Source: Candidatus Aminicenantes bacterium (GTDB lineage Bacteria; Acidobacteriota; Aminicenantia; Aminicenantales; Aminicenantaceae). Taken from it: a DNA stretch of 54,807 bases. Made by a program: the position numbers and the translations under genes. The notes below the pieces were generated by a model. That model did no database searches, was not told where the DNA came from, and worked only from the letters and a program-made list of their open reading frames with translations. The stretch lies in contig JBKHJA010000002.1 of assembly GCA_046538375.1 (NCBI GenBank), positions 1-54,807 on the forward strand, in the 5' to 3' direction. Below, piece after piece: positions 9,649-20,196 of this stretch. Numbering within the stretch: the first letter of the stretch is position 1; each line of letters begins with the position of its first letter.

Positions 9649-10548
9649 GTGGTGAAGATGTCTAAAGTCGTCATAGTCAAAGGAAAAGGAGTCATAGACA
9701 GACACCGCAATGTTCATCAAGCTAAACTCATGAACATGTACAAAACTGGGATTCAAACTTTAATGGGGAAAAGAAATTGGGAAGACAGCCTATCATTGCT
9801 TTTCTCAAACAAAGACAAAGTGGGAATCAAGATCAACACCATTGCTGGTAGAAAGCTTTCCACTTTACCAGAGGTATCTTTGTCCTTGGCCCATTTTCTC
9901 TCTGAGAAGGGAATCCAAAAAAGAAATATCATTATCTGGGATCGGACCAACAGGGAACTGAAAGACGCTGGATACCATCTCAAATCCAGTGGAAACCACA
10001 TCAAAGTTTTCGGCACAGATACAAACGGAACAGGCTACAGCCGCAGACTGGTCGCTCACCGCAACATCGGCAGTCTCTTTTCCTCCATTCAGAGCCAGCT
10101 CATTGATTCTTCAGTAAGCCTGGCTATTTTGAAAGACCATGGCTTGGCTGGAGTGACAGGAGGAATGAAAAATTATTTTGGAGCCATCCATAATCCCAAT
10201 AAATATCATGATTTCAACTGCAATCCTTTTATAGCTGAACTCTTTGACACTGATCTCATTAAAAAAAAACACAAGCTCACAATCCTGGATGCCCTGATTG
10301 TCCAATACCATCTGGGTCCTTCCTATCATTCTCAATGGGCTGAAAGATATGAATCCCTTCTATTTGGCCTCGATCCTGTGGCTACTGATTTTGTTGGCTG
10401 GCAGGTGATAGAAAAATTGAGGGCTGAAAAGGGATTGCCCACTCTAACGGAAGAAAAAAGAAAACCTGTTTATTTGAAAACAGCTGCCAGGATGGATTTG
10501 GGGAAGGCAAACTTAGGGGAGATTGAAATCATGGAAGAGGAAGTTTGA
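9649..10548 (+). CDS. DUF362 domain protein
   Basis: The VGIKINTIAG..L.T.PEV region and overall layout are typical of DUF362. Alternative start ATG 9658 follows AGGTGG. Confidence 0.7.
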   Translation: MVKMSKVVIVKGKGVIDRHRNVHQAKLMNMYKTGIQTLMGKRNWEDSLSLLFSNKDKVGIKINTIAGRKLSTLPEVSLSLAHFLSEKGIQKRNIIIWDRTNRELKDAGYHLKSSGNHIKVFGTDTNGTGYSRRLVAHRNIGSLFSSIQSQLIDSSVSLAILKDHGLAGVTGGMKNYFGAIHNPNKYHDFNCNPFIAELFDTDLIKKKHKLTILDALIVQYHLGPSYHSQWAERYESLLFGLDPVATDFVGWQVIEKLRAEKGLPTLTEEKRKPVYLKTAARMDLGKANLGEIEIMEEEV

Positions 10549-10606
10549 TGGTGGAGTTCAATCCTTTTGGCTTTTGCTTACGGGCCACAAGCTTTATGGT
10601 GCTAAA

Positions 10607-11728
10607 ATGAACAGAAGACAATTTTTCAGGACGGCAGGATGTACTGGTCTGTTAGCAGGCACAGGCATGAAGCCATTCCTGGCCGACCTTTATGCTTTCA
10701 GCAACAAGGCCAACCTCTCCCAGGTAGAAGCCCGCTATTACAAAAAGCTTCCACATAGAGAAATCAAGTGCGAGCTCTGTCCCCGTTTCTGTAAGCTGGG
10801 AGACAAAGAGAGGGGCTACTGTGGGGTAAGAGAAAATAAGGGAGGCACTTACTACACCCTGGTGTACGGAAAAGCCTGCACTGTGCATGTGGATCCTATA
10901 GAAAAGAAACCCTTTTTCCATTTTTTACCCCAGAGCAATGCCCTTTCTTTGGCCACTGCCGGCTGCAACGTGAACTGCAAATTCTGTCAGAACTGGGAAA
11001 TTTCCCAAGTAAGACCAGAGCAGGTCCGTCATTATGACTTTCCACCCCAACGAGTGGCCGAATCCGCCCGCCAGAATCACTGTCCAGTGATTGCCTACAC
11101 TTATACGGAACCCATAATTTTTTACGAATACATGTATGATTCATCAGTGGAAGCCCGTAAAAAATCAATCAAAAACGTAGTGGTCACAGGAGGGCATACA
11201 AATCCTGAACCTCTCCGCGATCTTACCCCAGTGGTGGATGGCATCAAGATTGATTTGAAAGCATTTTCCGAAGACTTCTACGCAAAGTATGTGAGTGGAG
11301 AATTAAAACCAGTGCTGGATGCCATTAAAATCGTGCACCAGAGCCCGGTCTGGCTGGAGATTGTTTACCTGGTGATCCCCACCCTTAATGACAGTGAGGA
11401 AGAAATCCGCACCATGTCTCGCTGGCTGATGAAGGAGATCGGGCCAGATGTTCCTGTTCACTTTTCCCGTTTTCATCCCATGTATTTGATAAAAAATCTT
11501 CCGCCCACCCCTATCACCACTCTGGAAAGGGCGAGAAACACGGCCCTGGAGGAAGGTCTTCATTATGTTTACATCGGAAACGTTCCTGGACATGAGGCGG
11601 AAAACACTTTTTGTCCCAGCTGTCATAAGGTGGTCATCGAGCGCATCGGTTATAGAATAAAAAAAATCGACCTGAAGAAAGGCCGCTGTCAATATTGTGA
11701 TCATCCTATTCCTGGGATTTGGGATTGA
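10607..11728 (+). CDS. radical SAM enzyme (AmmeMemoRadiSam-system-like) with twin-arginine signal
   Basis: CNVNCKFCQNW (CxxxCxxC). N-terminus MNRRQFFRTAGCTGLLAGTG is a Tat-type motif. C-terminal CPSC...CQYC pair. The track ORF extends to 10523 inside the DUF362 gene, which I regard as spurious. Confidence 0.8.
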   Translation: MNRRQFFRTAGCTGLLAGTGMKPFLADLYAFSNKANLSQVEARYYKKLPHREIKCELCPRFCKLGDKERGYCGVRENKGGTYYTLVYGKACTVHVDPIEKKPFFHFLPQSNALSLATAGCNVNCKFCQNWEISQVRPEQVRHYDFPPQRVAESARQNHCPVIAYTYTEPIIFYEYMYDSSVEARKKSIKNVVVTGGHTNPEPLRDLTPVVDGIKIDLKAFSEDFYAKYVSGELKPVLDAIKIVHQSPVWLEIVYLVIPTLNDSEEEIRTMSRWLMKEIGPDVPVHFSRFHPMYLIKNLPPTPITTLERARNTALEEGLHYVYIGNVPGHEAENTFCPSCHKVVIERIGYRIKKIDLKKGRCQYCDHPIPGIWD

Positions 11729-13860
11729 TTAATTTTCTTCCTCCCTTTCTTCTTGGATTCCTTGCTCTCTCTTTCCAGATCTTCCTGTTGAGAGAGTTCT
11801 CTGTCCATTTTTACGGCAACGAAATAACGTTCGGCCTTATCCTTGCCTGCTGGCTGCTGTGGGGTGGGGTGGGCAGCATCTCCGTCTCAAAGGCGAAGTT
11901 CGATACTGAAAAGCTCCCTTATATCTATTACGCCATTATTATTCTCTATCCTCTTTCCCTGGTGGGACTTCGATTTTCCCGCTTTATCCTGGGCCATCTT
12001 CCGGGAGAAATCACCGGTGTCATCTCCATCCTGATTTTCTCGTTTTCTGTCACCTTTTTGGTCAGCCTGCCGTTGGGAATGCTGTTTGTGTTCAATACTC
12101 ATTTCCAGAAAGGAAACCTTTCTCGAGTTTACTTCTTGGAGTCTGCTGGCTCAGCCTTTGCCGGATTGGTGGTATATCTTGTCTTTATCCCTGTCTTTCC
12201 CAACTGGAAAGGAGCGGCAATCATCGCTGCGTCAGCGGCTGTGCTTGTCTTTTTCTCTTTTGGAGAGAGAAAAAACAGGCTTTTCCTTATTTTTATACTC
12301 CTGTATTTAACTCTGTTCAGCCTGTTTGATTTTCCCAGCCAACAAATTTTCTGGAGGCCTTTCCATCTGGTAGAGAGCAGGGATACTCCTTATGGAAAAC
12401 TTCAAATCCTTAGAACTCAAGAACAGATCTCTTTGTATAACAACACTCTCATCAACTATTCCTACCCCAATCTTTCTGCTGCCGAGGAATCTGTTCATTT
12501 TGCTCTTCTTCAAAAGCCTGAAGCAGAAAGGGTGCTTTTGGTGGGAGGCGGGGTGGGAGGAAGTCTGGGAGAGGTCCTAAAATACCCTCACGCCCAAGTA
12601 GATTATGTGGAACTCAATCCTGAAATGATCCATCTCTCCCTGAAATACCTCCCTGAGGAAGAACGTCAAATTTTTGACGATCCGCGTGTTCAGACTTTTT
12701 ATCAAGACGGAAGAGCATTTCTGACTCAAGTCCAGAAAAAATATCAAGTGGTCATCCTCAACCTTCCTGAACCAGCCACAGCCCAGATCAACCGTTTCTA
12801 CACCAAAGAATTCTTTCTCCTGGTCAAAGAAAAGCTCACCTCAGGCGGAGTCTTTTCTTTCCGGGTCCCTTCTGCAGAGAATTATATCAGTGCTGAACTC
12901 CAAAATTTCCTTTCTTCGCTTTATTTCACCCTGAGAGAGGTTTTCCCCGAGGTCAAGATCGTGCCCGGAGATACCAATATCTTTTTGGCCTCCTCCTCTC
13001 CCCTGACCATAGACTCTGATAAACTCAGCCAGAGGATCATTGATCTGAACCTCCAGACTACCTATATCAGTCCCCATCTTCTCTTCTCACGACTCAATCC
13101 TCTCAGAATCAGCCTGTTGAAGGACGCTGTTTCTGAAGGAAGGAAAATCATAAACCTGGATTTTGTTCCCATAAGCTATTTCTACAGTTCTGTGTTATGG
13201 AGCAGCCAGTTTAGGGGTTTGGAGAAAAAAATATTTACCTTTTTGTCCCACCTGAGCCCTCGCTGGCTGCTTGACTTTCCCCTAGCTATTTTCCTCTGTA
13301 TTCTTGTTGTGTTGTGGATAGCCAGAAGAAGATCATCCTTTTTCCTGGTTCCTTTAGCGGTGATGGGTTTTACCACCATCGTTTTCGAAATCATGGTTAT
13401 CATTTCTTTCCAGACTATTTTTGGATATCTTTATCATAGAATCTCCCTTCTTCTTGCTTCCTTCATGATCGGGTTAGCAGCAGGCGCCCTGCGAGGGAAA
13501 AAAAGGAAAAAGTTTGATTTCACTCGCCTTCTGGTCATCCAATCTGGGTTCATACTGGTTGTTCTGCTCTTTTATGTGTGTCTACAAATTTCTCCTCCAG
13601 AAATATTGTTTTTTGTGTTTCTGTTTTCTGTCGGATTTCTGGGAGGTGATTTGTTTGTGGTTTCCAATCATCTTTTCCTAAAACTGAAAAAAAACTATGG
13701 TTTGGGTTACGGCTTGGATCTGCTGGGCTCTTTTTTGGGAGCTCTAGCCGCTTCTTCGTTCTTGATTCCGCTGGTGGGACTGCCCCTTTTGCTGAAATAT
13801 CTTTTTCTCTTTAACTCTTTTTGCTTTCTTTTTTTGGTGGGCGGCCTTGCAAGACGATGA
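11719..13860 (+). CDS. membrane-fused spermidine-synthase-like (aminopropyltransferase-fold) protein
   Basis: About 7 N-terminal and about 6 C-terminal hydrophobic helices flank a soluble domain with VLLVGGGVGGSLGEVLK...VDYVELNPEM. TTG start is uncertain. Confidence 0.75.
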   Translation: MGLINFLPPFLLGFLALSFQIFLLREFSVHFYGNEITFGLILACWLLWGGVGSISVSKAKFDTEKLPYIYYAIIILYPLSLVGLRFSRFILGHLPGEITGVISILIFSFSVTFLVSLPLGMLFVFNTHFQKGNLSRVYFLESAGSAFAGLVVYLVFIPVFPNWKGAAIIAASAAVLVFFSFGERKNRLFLIFILLYLTLFSLFDFPSQQIFWRPFHLVESRDTPYGKLQILRTQEQISLYNNTLINYSYPNLSAAEESVHFALLQKPEAERVLLVGGGVGGSLGEVLKYPHAQVDYVELNPEMIHLSLKYLPEEERQIFDDPRVQTFYQDGRAFLTQVQKKYQVVILNLPEPATAQINRFYTKEFFLLVKEKLTSGGVFSFRVPSAENYISAELQNFLSSLYFTLREVFPEVKIVPGDTNIFLASSSPLTIDSDKLSQRIIDLNLQTTYISPHLLFSRLNPLRISLLKDAVSEGRKIINLDFVPISYFYSSVLWSSQFRGLEKKIFTFLSHLSPRWLLDFPLAIFLCILVVLWIARRRSSFFLVPLAVMGFTTIVFEIMVIISFQTIFGYLYHRISLLLASFMIGLAAGALRGKKRKKFDFTRLLVIQSGFILVVLLFYVCLQISPPEILFFVFLFSVGFLGGDLFVVSNHLFLKLKKNYGLGYGLDLLGSFLGALAASSFLIPLVGLPLLLKYLFLFNSFCFLFLVGGLARR

Positions 13861-13874
13861 TTTTTTGAATTTCC

Positions 13875-13903
13875 TTGACAGGACTGCCAAATTATGTTTT
13901 ACT
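13875..13903 (+). promoter_or_regulatory. weak sigma70-like promoter candidate for the hdr-kor-frd operon
   Basis: TTGACA-N17-TTTACT, about 80 nt upstream of ATG 13983. Confidence 0.2.
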
Positions 13904-13982
13904 GAAAGGTAATTTTTTCCTTTACAAATCCTATCGCAGTTATAGGTATTTAAAATCCACATTCTCCGGAAAGAGCATTCAT

Positions 13983-14390
13983 ATGAGAATCAACATCTCA
14001 CAAAGAAAAATCAAAAATTCCTTTGTGGCTAAGGTCCAAGAACTGAGCGGCCAAAATCTTCTCGCCTGTTATCAGTGCGGCAAGTGTTCTGCTGGTTGTC
14101 CGGCTGTCTCAGAAATGGACATTCTTCCCAATCAAATCATCCGTTTTGCCCAACTGGGTTTTAAAGATGAGCTGCTTCGATCAAAGTCTATCTGGATCTG
14201 CGCCTCCTGTATGACCTGCAATGCCCGCTGCCCCAAGGGAATCAACATCGCTGAGGTCATCGAAGCCATCAGGCAAATTTTACTTCGCAAAAGGGAAGAC
14301 CATGTCAACATAGAAAAACTCTCTGATGAGCAAAAGAGAAATGTTCCTCCCATCGCTCTTGTCAGTAACTTCAGGAAATTTACTTCTTGA
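13983..14390 (+). CDS. hdrC: heterodisulfide reductase subunit C-like 4Fe-4S protein
   Basis: CYQCGKCSAGCP and CASCMTCNARCP motifs. Length is 135 aa from ATG 13983; the track begins at TTG 13875. Confidence 0.8.
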   Translation: MRINISQRKIKNSFVAKVQELSGQNLLACYQCGKCSAGCPAVSEMDILPNQIIRFAQLGFKDELLRSKSIWICASCMTCNARCPKGINIAEVIEAIRQILLRKREDHVNIEKLSDEQKRNVPPIALVSNFRKFTS

Positions 14391-14443
14391 TTCTATTGTC
14401 ATGACATACAACCTATTAATATCAAATCAAATAAGGAATCATA

Positions 14444-15322
14444 ATGAAAATAAGTTATTACCCCGGGTGTACGCTGAAAAACAATGCTAAAAATTTCGAA
14501 GAATCAACTTTTTGCTCCTTAAAACATCTGGGTGTGGAAGTGGAAGAGCTTCCACGCTGGAACTGCTGTGGAACAGTCTTTTCGTTAGCCACAGATGATT
14601 TGATTCATCATGTGGCTCCCATCCGGAACCTTCTTCGGGTCAAAGAATCCAACTCAGATCAAGTGATGACTCTCTGTGCCATGTGCTACAACACTCTAAA
14701 AAGAGCCAACCAGCGGGTGAAATCAGAGCCTGAAGATCTGGAGAAAATCAATAACTTCATGTACAGAGAAAATATCGAATATAAAGGCGATGTGAAGATT
14801 TTCCATCTTCTGGAGCTGCTCAGGGACAAAATCAAGTTTGAAAACATAGCTAAAAAAGTGGTCAAACCCCTAAAAAACTTAAAGGTGGCCAGCTATTACG
14901 GCTGCCTTTTGGTTCGTCCCAAAGAGGTGGGCTTCGACGATGTGGAAAACCCCACTATTCTGGAAAATCTTATCCGTGTCTTGGGTGCGGATCCCGTAGA
15001 TTTCCCTTATAAGACCGAATGTTGCGCCGCTTATCAAACCGTGGATAAGCCTGGTATGGTGGCTGAACGGACCTATCACATCCTCACCTCTGCCCAAGAC
15101 CAGGGAGCTGAGGCCGTAGCCTTGAGCTGTCCCTTATGTGCTTTCAACCTGGACCATAGGCAGAAAGAAACTTCCCAAAAATATCCGGAATTCAGGAATA
15201 TGCCTATCTTCTATTTCACGCAGCTTATGGCCATTGCCTTAGGCTGTTCAGAAAAGGATCTGAGATTTGATCTTCACTATATTGATCCCAAGCCTATTTT
15301 AAAAGAAAAGGGATTCATTTGA
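14444..15322 (+). CDS. hdrB: heterodisulfide reductase subunit B-like (two CCG domains)
   Basis: YYPGCT...NCCG and YYGCLL...ECCA...CPLC patterns of duplicated CCG domains. Length is 292 aa. Confidence 0.85.
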   Translation: MKISYYPGCTLKNNAKNFEESTFCSLKHLGVEVEELPRWNCCGTVFSLATDDLIHHVAPIRNLLRVKESNSDQVMTLCAMCYNTLKRANQRVKSEPEDLEKINNFMYRENIEYKGDVKIFHLLELLRDKIKFENIAKKVVKPLKNLKVASYYGCLLVRPKEVGFDDVENPTILENLIRVLGADPVDFPYKTECCAAYQTVDKPGMVAERTYHILTSAQDQGAEAVALSCPLCAFNLDHRQKETSQKYPEFRNMPIFYFTQLMAIALGCSEKDLRFDLHYIDPKPILKEKGFI

Positions 15323-15329
15323 GGGACAA

Positions 15330-15605
15330 ATGGTTTATTTTGGCGATTTAAAACCTAAAAAAGGCAAAGTTCACATCAACAAAGATCGATGCAAAGGCTG
15401 CGGTTTCTGTGTGGAATATTGTCCGAAAGATGTCCTGGAGATGTCAGAGGAATACAATATAAAAGGATACCATCCTCCGTTTGTCAAGAATGAGGACGAA
15501 TGTCTGTACTGTCAACTGTGCGAGACCATATGTCCTGAATTTGCTATATCTGTCACTCCAAAGGAAGAGGAGGAACAAGGTGAAAAAAGTGAAAGCAGAC
15601 CCTAA
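15330..15605 (+). CDS. korD: 2-oxoacid:ferredoxin oxidoreductase delta subunit (2x[4Fe-4S] ferredoxin)
   Basis: [12 protein letters not shown] and [12 protein letters not shown]. Length is 91 aa. Directly precedes the alpha subunit. Confidence 0.75.
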   Translation: MVYFGDLKPKKGKVHINKDRCKGCGFCVEYCPKDVLEMSEEYNIKGYHPPFVKNEDECLYCQLCETICPEFAISVTPKEEEEQGEKSESRP

Positions 15606-16746
15606 AGGAGTGTTAACCGGAGCCCATTATCTGGATGGAGACTTCGCTCTAGCAGAAGGAGCTCTGGCTGCCGGTTGCCGCTTTTTTGCCGGCTATCCCA
15701 TCACTCCTTCCACTGAAACAGCAGAAAGGTTCTCAGAAAGGATTCCTGCTGTGGGAGGAGTGTTTATTCAGATGGAAGACGAGTTAGGATCCATGGCTGC
15801 CTTGATCGGGGCTTCTTGGGCAGGCAAGAAAGCCATGAGCGTGACTTCTGGGCCAGGTTTTTCCCTTATGATGGAAAATATCGGCTTGGCCTGCATGATG
15901 GAAACTCCGGTGGTGATCGCTAACGTCCAGAGAGGAGGCCCTTCCACCGGTCTTCCCACTCTCACTGGTCAGCAGGACATGATGCAGGTGAGATGGGGGT
16001 CTCACGGGGACTATGAAATCATCGCTCTCTCCCCCGACTCCCCTCAGGAATGTTTTGATCTTACTATCCAAGCTTTTAATCTCTCAGAAAAGTTTCGTGT
16101 CCCCACCTTTGTGATGACCGATGAATGCGTGGGGCATATGCATGAGAAAGTCATCATCCCACCTGCTGAAGAGATAGAACTGGTGGAAAGAAAATGGTAC
16201 ACAGGGCCCAAGGATAAATATCTTCCCTACAAACCAGATAAAGATATGATCCCTTTTATGGTTAAAGCCGGCGATGGCTACCGTTTCCACACCACTGGTT
16301 TAACCCATGATGAGCGGGGTTATCCGGAGATCAATGCCAAATATCAGGATTTTTGTGTGCGCCATTTGGTGGACAAGATCAAAAAGAATGCAGATAAAAT
16401 CATCAAAATCGAAGAGGATGAAACAGACGATGCTGAAGTCATTGTGATTTCCTACGGGATCACTTCGCGGGTGGCCATAAGAGCGGTTAAGAAAGCCAGA
16501 AAATCTGGCATCAAGGTGGGGACTGTAAGGCTCATCACTGTGTGGCCTTTTCCTGAGAAACGGATAAAAGAACTGTCCAAAAAAATAAAGGCCTTTATTG
16601 TTCCTGAAGTCAACTACGGCCAGATGGTATATGAAGCGGAACGATGCGCTGCCGGCAACTGCCCTGTTATCCATGTCCCCCACTGCGGAGGCTGGGTTCA
16701 TAATCCAGAAGACATACTTAAGGTCATTAAGGAGGGTTTAAAATGA
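15580..16746 (+). CDS. korA: 2-oxoacid (probably 2-oxoglutarate):ferredoxin oxidoreductase alpha subunit
   Basis: The GYPITPSTE motif lies about 40 aa from GTG 15580, which follows AAGGAAGAGGAGGAA. The part of the track ORF upstream of 15580 overlaps korD. D-A-B-G gene order matches Helicobacter oorDABC. Confidence 0.8.
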   Translation: MKKVKADPKGVLTGAHYLDGDFALAEGALAAGCRFFAGYPITPSTETAERFSERIPAVGGVFIQMEDELGSMAALIGASWAGKKAMSVTSGPGFSLMMENIGLACMMETPVVIANVQRGGPSTGLPTLTGQQDMMQVRWGSHGDYEIIALSPDSPQECFDLTIQAFNLSEKFRVPTFVMTDECVGHMHEKVIIPPAEEIELVERKWYTGPKDKYLPYKPDKDMIPFMVKAGDGYRFHTTGLTHDERGYPEINAKYQDFCVRHLVDKIKKNADKIIKIEEDETDDAEVIVISYGITSRVAIRAVKKARKSGIKVGTVRLITVWPFPEKRIKELSKKIKAFIVPEVNYGQMVYEAERCAAGNCPVIHVPHCGGWVHNPEDILKVIKEGLK

Positions 16747-17606
16747 GAAAAGAAAAACCAGTTGAACAGAAGAGCCCTACAGAAAGTTTCTTGAGGATGG
16801 ACAGGATCCCTCATATTTGGTGTCCAGGGTGCGGCATAGGCGTGGTGGTCACCTCTTTTACCGAAGCCCTCCGCAAGAGCGAGATAGACCTTGACAAAGT
16901 GTCAGTGGTTTCAGGAATCGGCTGCACCGGACGGGTGGCAGGATATGTCAAACTGGACTCTTTTCACACCACCCACGGCCGGGCTGTGCCTTTTGCCACT
17001 GGATTGAAGCTTGGCAATCCGGATTTGAAGGTGGTTGTTTTCAGTGGAGATGGAGATATCGTGGGCATCGGGGGCAATCACTTTGTCCACGCTGCTAGAA
17101 GAAATATGGATATCGTGGTCATCTGTGTCAATAATTTTAACTATGCTATGACCGGAGGCCAGGTAGCAGCGACCACTCCTATCCAGGCCAATGCCTCTAC
17201 AGCTCCTTACGGAAATTTTGAATATCCCTTCAATCTCCCCTACCTTGCTGAGGCTTCAGGAGCAACCTATGTTGCCCGCTGGACTGCCCTCCATCTGAGA
17301 AGAGTGACCAAATCCATCCAGGAAGCTTTGAACAAGAGAGGTTTTTCTTTGATCGAGGTCATCACTCCCTGTGTCACCCTTTATGCGCGCAGGAACCGGC
17401 TGGGCGACGGGCTGAATCTGTTGAAATATTATTATGAAAAGTCTGAAATTCAGCACGGTGCCGACACCAAGACCCTGGATATCAGCTATCAGGGAAAACT
17501 CATCGTGGGTAAATTTGTGGACAAAGAAAAACCTACTTTTCTTGACGCCATGAATGAACATTTGGCCAAAGTTTTAGGCGAAAAATATCAAGCATATGGA
17601 GTGTAA
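16743..17606 (+). CDS. korB: 2-oxoacid:ferredoxin oxidoreductase beta subunit (TPP-binding)
   Basis: WCPGCGIG and SGDGD TPP/Mg motifs. Length is 287 aa. ATGA overlap with korA. Confidence 0.85.
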   Translation: MRKEKPVEQKSPTESFLRMDRIPHIWCPGCGIGVVVTSFTEALRKSEIDLDKVSVVSGIGCTGRVAGYVKLDSFHTTHGRAVPFATGLKLGNPDLKVVVFSGDGDIVGIGGNHFVHAARRNMDIVVICVNNFNYAMTGGQVAATTPIQANASTAPYGNFEYPFNLPYLAEASGATYVARWTALHLRRVTKSIQEALNKRGFSLIEVITPCVTLYARRNRLGDGLNLLKYYYEKSEIQHGADTKTLDISYQGKLIVGKFVDKEKPTFLDAMNEHLAKVLGEKYQAYGV

Positions 17607-17609
17607 ACC

Positions 17610-18197
17610 ATGAGTGAAATAAGGTTTTCTGGTTTTGGTGGACAGGGAATCATCCGCTGTGGCTTGATTACAGGGAAGGCTTTAGCCATCTATGAGGATA
17701 AACACGCCACCATGACTCAGAGTTTTGGCCCTGAAGCACGAGGCAGTGCCTGCAGCTCCCAACTGGTTGTCTCAGAGGACAGAGTCCTTTACCCTTACAT
17801 CGCCCGTCCAGAAATCCTGGTTTCCATGTCCCAGGAAGCCTATGATAAATACGAGCCTGAATTAAGAGAGGATGGACTTTTGATCATTGATAAAGATTTG
17901 GTCAAAGCACGGCCGGCACGGGGAAAAATAAAAATCTACGGCGTCCCCTCCACCAGATTCGCCGAGGAGCTGGGAAACAGGATCATCGCCAACCTGGTCA
18001 TGCTGGGTTTCTTTTCCTCAATCGCCAAAATCGTCTCTCCTGAAGCCATGAAAAAAGCTCTTCCTGGTTTGGTCCCTGATAGATTCGTCGATCTAAACAT
18101 CAAAGCCTTCGACAAAGGATACCAGTACGGGGAAGATCTTTTAGCCAAAGAAAAACAATCTAAAGCCAAGAAGTCAAAAAGCAAGAAAAGAAAATGA
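17610..18197 (+). CDS. korG: 2-oxoacid:ferredoxin oxidoreductase gamma subunit
   Basis: FSGFGGQGI motif. Length is 195 aa with a K-rich tail. Confidence 0.8.
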   Translation: MSEIRFSGFGGQGIIRCGLITGKALAIYEDKHATMTQSFGPEARGSACSSQLVVSEDRVLYPYIARPEILVSMSQEAYDKYEPELREDGLLIIDKDLVKARPARGKIKIYGVPSTRFAEELGNRIIANLVMLGFFSSIAKIVSPEAMKKALPGLVPDRFVDLNIKAFDKGYQYGEDLLAKEKQSKAKKSKSKKRK

Positions 18198-18249
18198 AAA
18201 AATAATTTCAAAATGCATAAACGGGAAAGCTCGTTATGAGAGGAAAAAA

Positions 18250-20196
18250 ATGAAACGGACTGGAGTATTTGTCTGCCACTGCGGCATCAACATTGCCGGC
18301 ACAGTGGATGTGAAGAAAGCGGCTGAAGAACTCTCTAAGAACAAAGGTGTGGTCCACGCTGAAGACTATGTGTACATGTGTTCTGATCCCGGCCAGAAGA
18401 TGATCATAGAATCCATCAAAGAAAATAATTTGGACAAAGTGGTGGTTGCCTGCTGTTCCCCCACTCTTCACGAGACTACCTTCAGGAATTGTGCCCAATC
18501 AGCGGGACTTAATACTTTCCAGTGTGAAATCGCCAACATCCGAGAACAGTGCAGCTGGGTCCATAAGGACATGGACAGGGCCACCAAAAAAGCCATAAAA
18601 ATCACCAAAGGCGCTGTGGAAAGAGTTCAACGAAATGAATCTCTGGATCCCATAGGCGTGCCTGTAACCCGGAGAGCTTTGGTTGTAGGGGGAGGAATCG
18701 CTGGGATCCAGTCTGCTCTGGACTTGGCCAACACAGGATTTGAAGTCATCCTGGTGGAAAAGTCTCCATCCATCGGCGGCCACATGATTCAGCTCTCCGA
18801 AACATTTCCCACTCTAGACTGCTCTCAGTGCATTTTAACTCCCAAGATGGTGGAGGTCTCCAAACATCCCAAGATTAAGCTCATGACCTGCAGCGAAGTC
18901 CAGGATGTCACTGGTTATGTGGGCAACTTCAAAGTCAAAATTCTCAAAAAGCCCACTTATGTGGATTCCGATAAATGCACTCTCTGTGATGAATGCACAA
19001 AAGTCTGTCCAGTGGTGGTTCCTGATGAATTCAATCTGGGCCTCAGCGGCCGAAGAGCCATCTACATTCCCTTCCCTCAGGCCATTCCTGCCACCTACAC
19101 TCTAGATATAAACAACTGCCCGGGGCTTCTTCCCATTGCCTGCGGAAAATGTGCCGAAGTCTGCGAGCCTGAAGCTATCGACTACGACATGAAGCCTGAA
19201 ATTGTGGAAGAAGATGTGGGCGCTATGGTGGTGGCCACTGGATATGACCTTTATGATAAAAAGGTGATGGCCGAGTACGGCTACGGAAAATACGACGATG
19301 TCCTGGATGGCCTTCAATTCGAAAGACTGTTATCTGCTTCGGGCCCCACTCAGGGTAAAATTCTCCGGCCTTCTGATCACAAGGAGCCAAAAGAAGTGGT
19401 TTTCATACAATGCGTGGGTTCCCGGGATCCAGAAATGCACTGTGCCTACTGCTCAAAGATCTGCTGCATGTACACAGCCAAACACGCCATGCTGTATAAA
19501 CATCACGTCCACGACGGCCAAGCTTATGTTTTTTATATAGACATCCGTTCTGGAGGCAAAGGATACGAAGAATTTGTCCAGAGGGCTGTGGAAGATGACG
19601 GAGTGGTCTATCTGCGGGGAAAAGTTTCTAAGATATTCGAAGAGAAAGGCAAAATTAAAGTCTGGGGTGTGGACACTCTCACTGGAAAAGATATCGAAAT
19701 TGATGCGGATATGGTGGTGCTGGCTATGGCCATGCGTCCCTCCAAAGGAGCGGAGGAACTGGCAAAAAAACTCAAACTGGCTGTGGACAAGGATGGCTTT
19801 CTCTCTGAAGCTCATCCCAAGCTCAGGCCTGTGGAGAGTGTTTCCTCTGGTTTATTCCTGGCCGGTGCTGCTCAAGCCCCAAAGGATATCCCTGAGGCTG
19901 TGGCTCAAGCCAGCGGAGCATCAGCCAAAGCCATAGCCATCTTGTCCCAGGAAAGACTCTTCCATGCTCCCACAGTGGCCCAGGTCAACCACAATCTCTG
20001 CACAGGGTGTGGAATGTGCGTCCATGTTTGTCCCTATGATGCTCTTTCCCTCAAAGACGGCAAAGTTGAAGTCAAGGAAGTCCTGTGCGAGGGCTGTGGA
20101 ACCTGTTCAGCCACCTGCTTACGGGCAGCCATCCAGGTTAGAAACTTTGCTCCTCAACAGATCCACGAAATGATAAAAGCATCTCTGGGAGGATAA
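18250..20196 (+). CDS. hdrA: heterodisulfide reductase subunit A-like FAD/FeS flavoprotein
   Basis: N-terminus MKRTGVFVCHCGINIAG, FAD fold VVGGGIAGIQSAL, and several CxxCxxCxxxCP ferredoxin motifs. Length is 648 aa. Confidence 0.9.
   Translation: MKRTGVFVCHCGINIAGTVDVKKAAEELSKNKGVVHAEDYVYMCSDPGQKMIIESIKENNLDKVVVACCSPTLHETTFRNCAQSAGLNTFQCEIANIREQCSWVHKDMDRATKKAIKITKGAVERVQRNESLDPIGVPVTRRALVVGGGIAGIQSALDLANTGFEVILVEKSPSIGGHMIQLSETFPTLDCSQCILTPKMVEVSKHPKIKLMTCSEVQDVTGYVGNFKVKILKKPTYVDSDKCTLCDECTKVCPVVVPDEFNLGLSGRRAIYIPFPQAIPATYTLDINNCPGLLPIACGKCAEVCEPEAIDYDMKPEIVEEDVGAMVVATGYDLYDKKVMAEYGYGKYDDVLDGLQFERLLSASGPTQGKILRPSDHKEPKEVVFIQCVGSRDPEMHCAYCSKICCMYTAKHAMLYKHHVHDGQAYVFYIDIRSGGKGYEEFVQRAVEDDGVVYLRGKVSKIFEEKGKIKVWGVDTLTGKDIEIDADMVVLAMAMRPSKGAEELAKKLKLAVDKDGFLSEAHPKLRPVESVSSGLFLAGAAQAPKDIPEAVAQASGASAKAIAILSQERLFHAPTVAQVNHNLCTGCGMCVHVCPYDALSLKDGKVEVKEVLCEGCGTCSATCLRAAIQVRNFAPQQIHEMIKASLGG

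Noticed and set aside
15481-15579. N-terminal extensions offered by the ORF track (korA from 15481, glyS to 28897, hdrC from 13875, radical SAM from 10523, STAS to 51358, gcvT to 34086)
   Set aside because: The extensions overlap the preceding genes or have no SD. Internal starts with good SD sequences reproduce the N-termini expected for the families.
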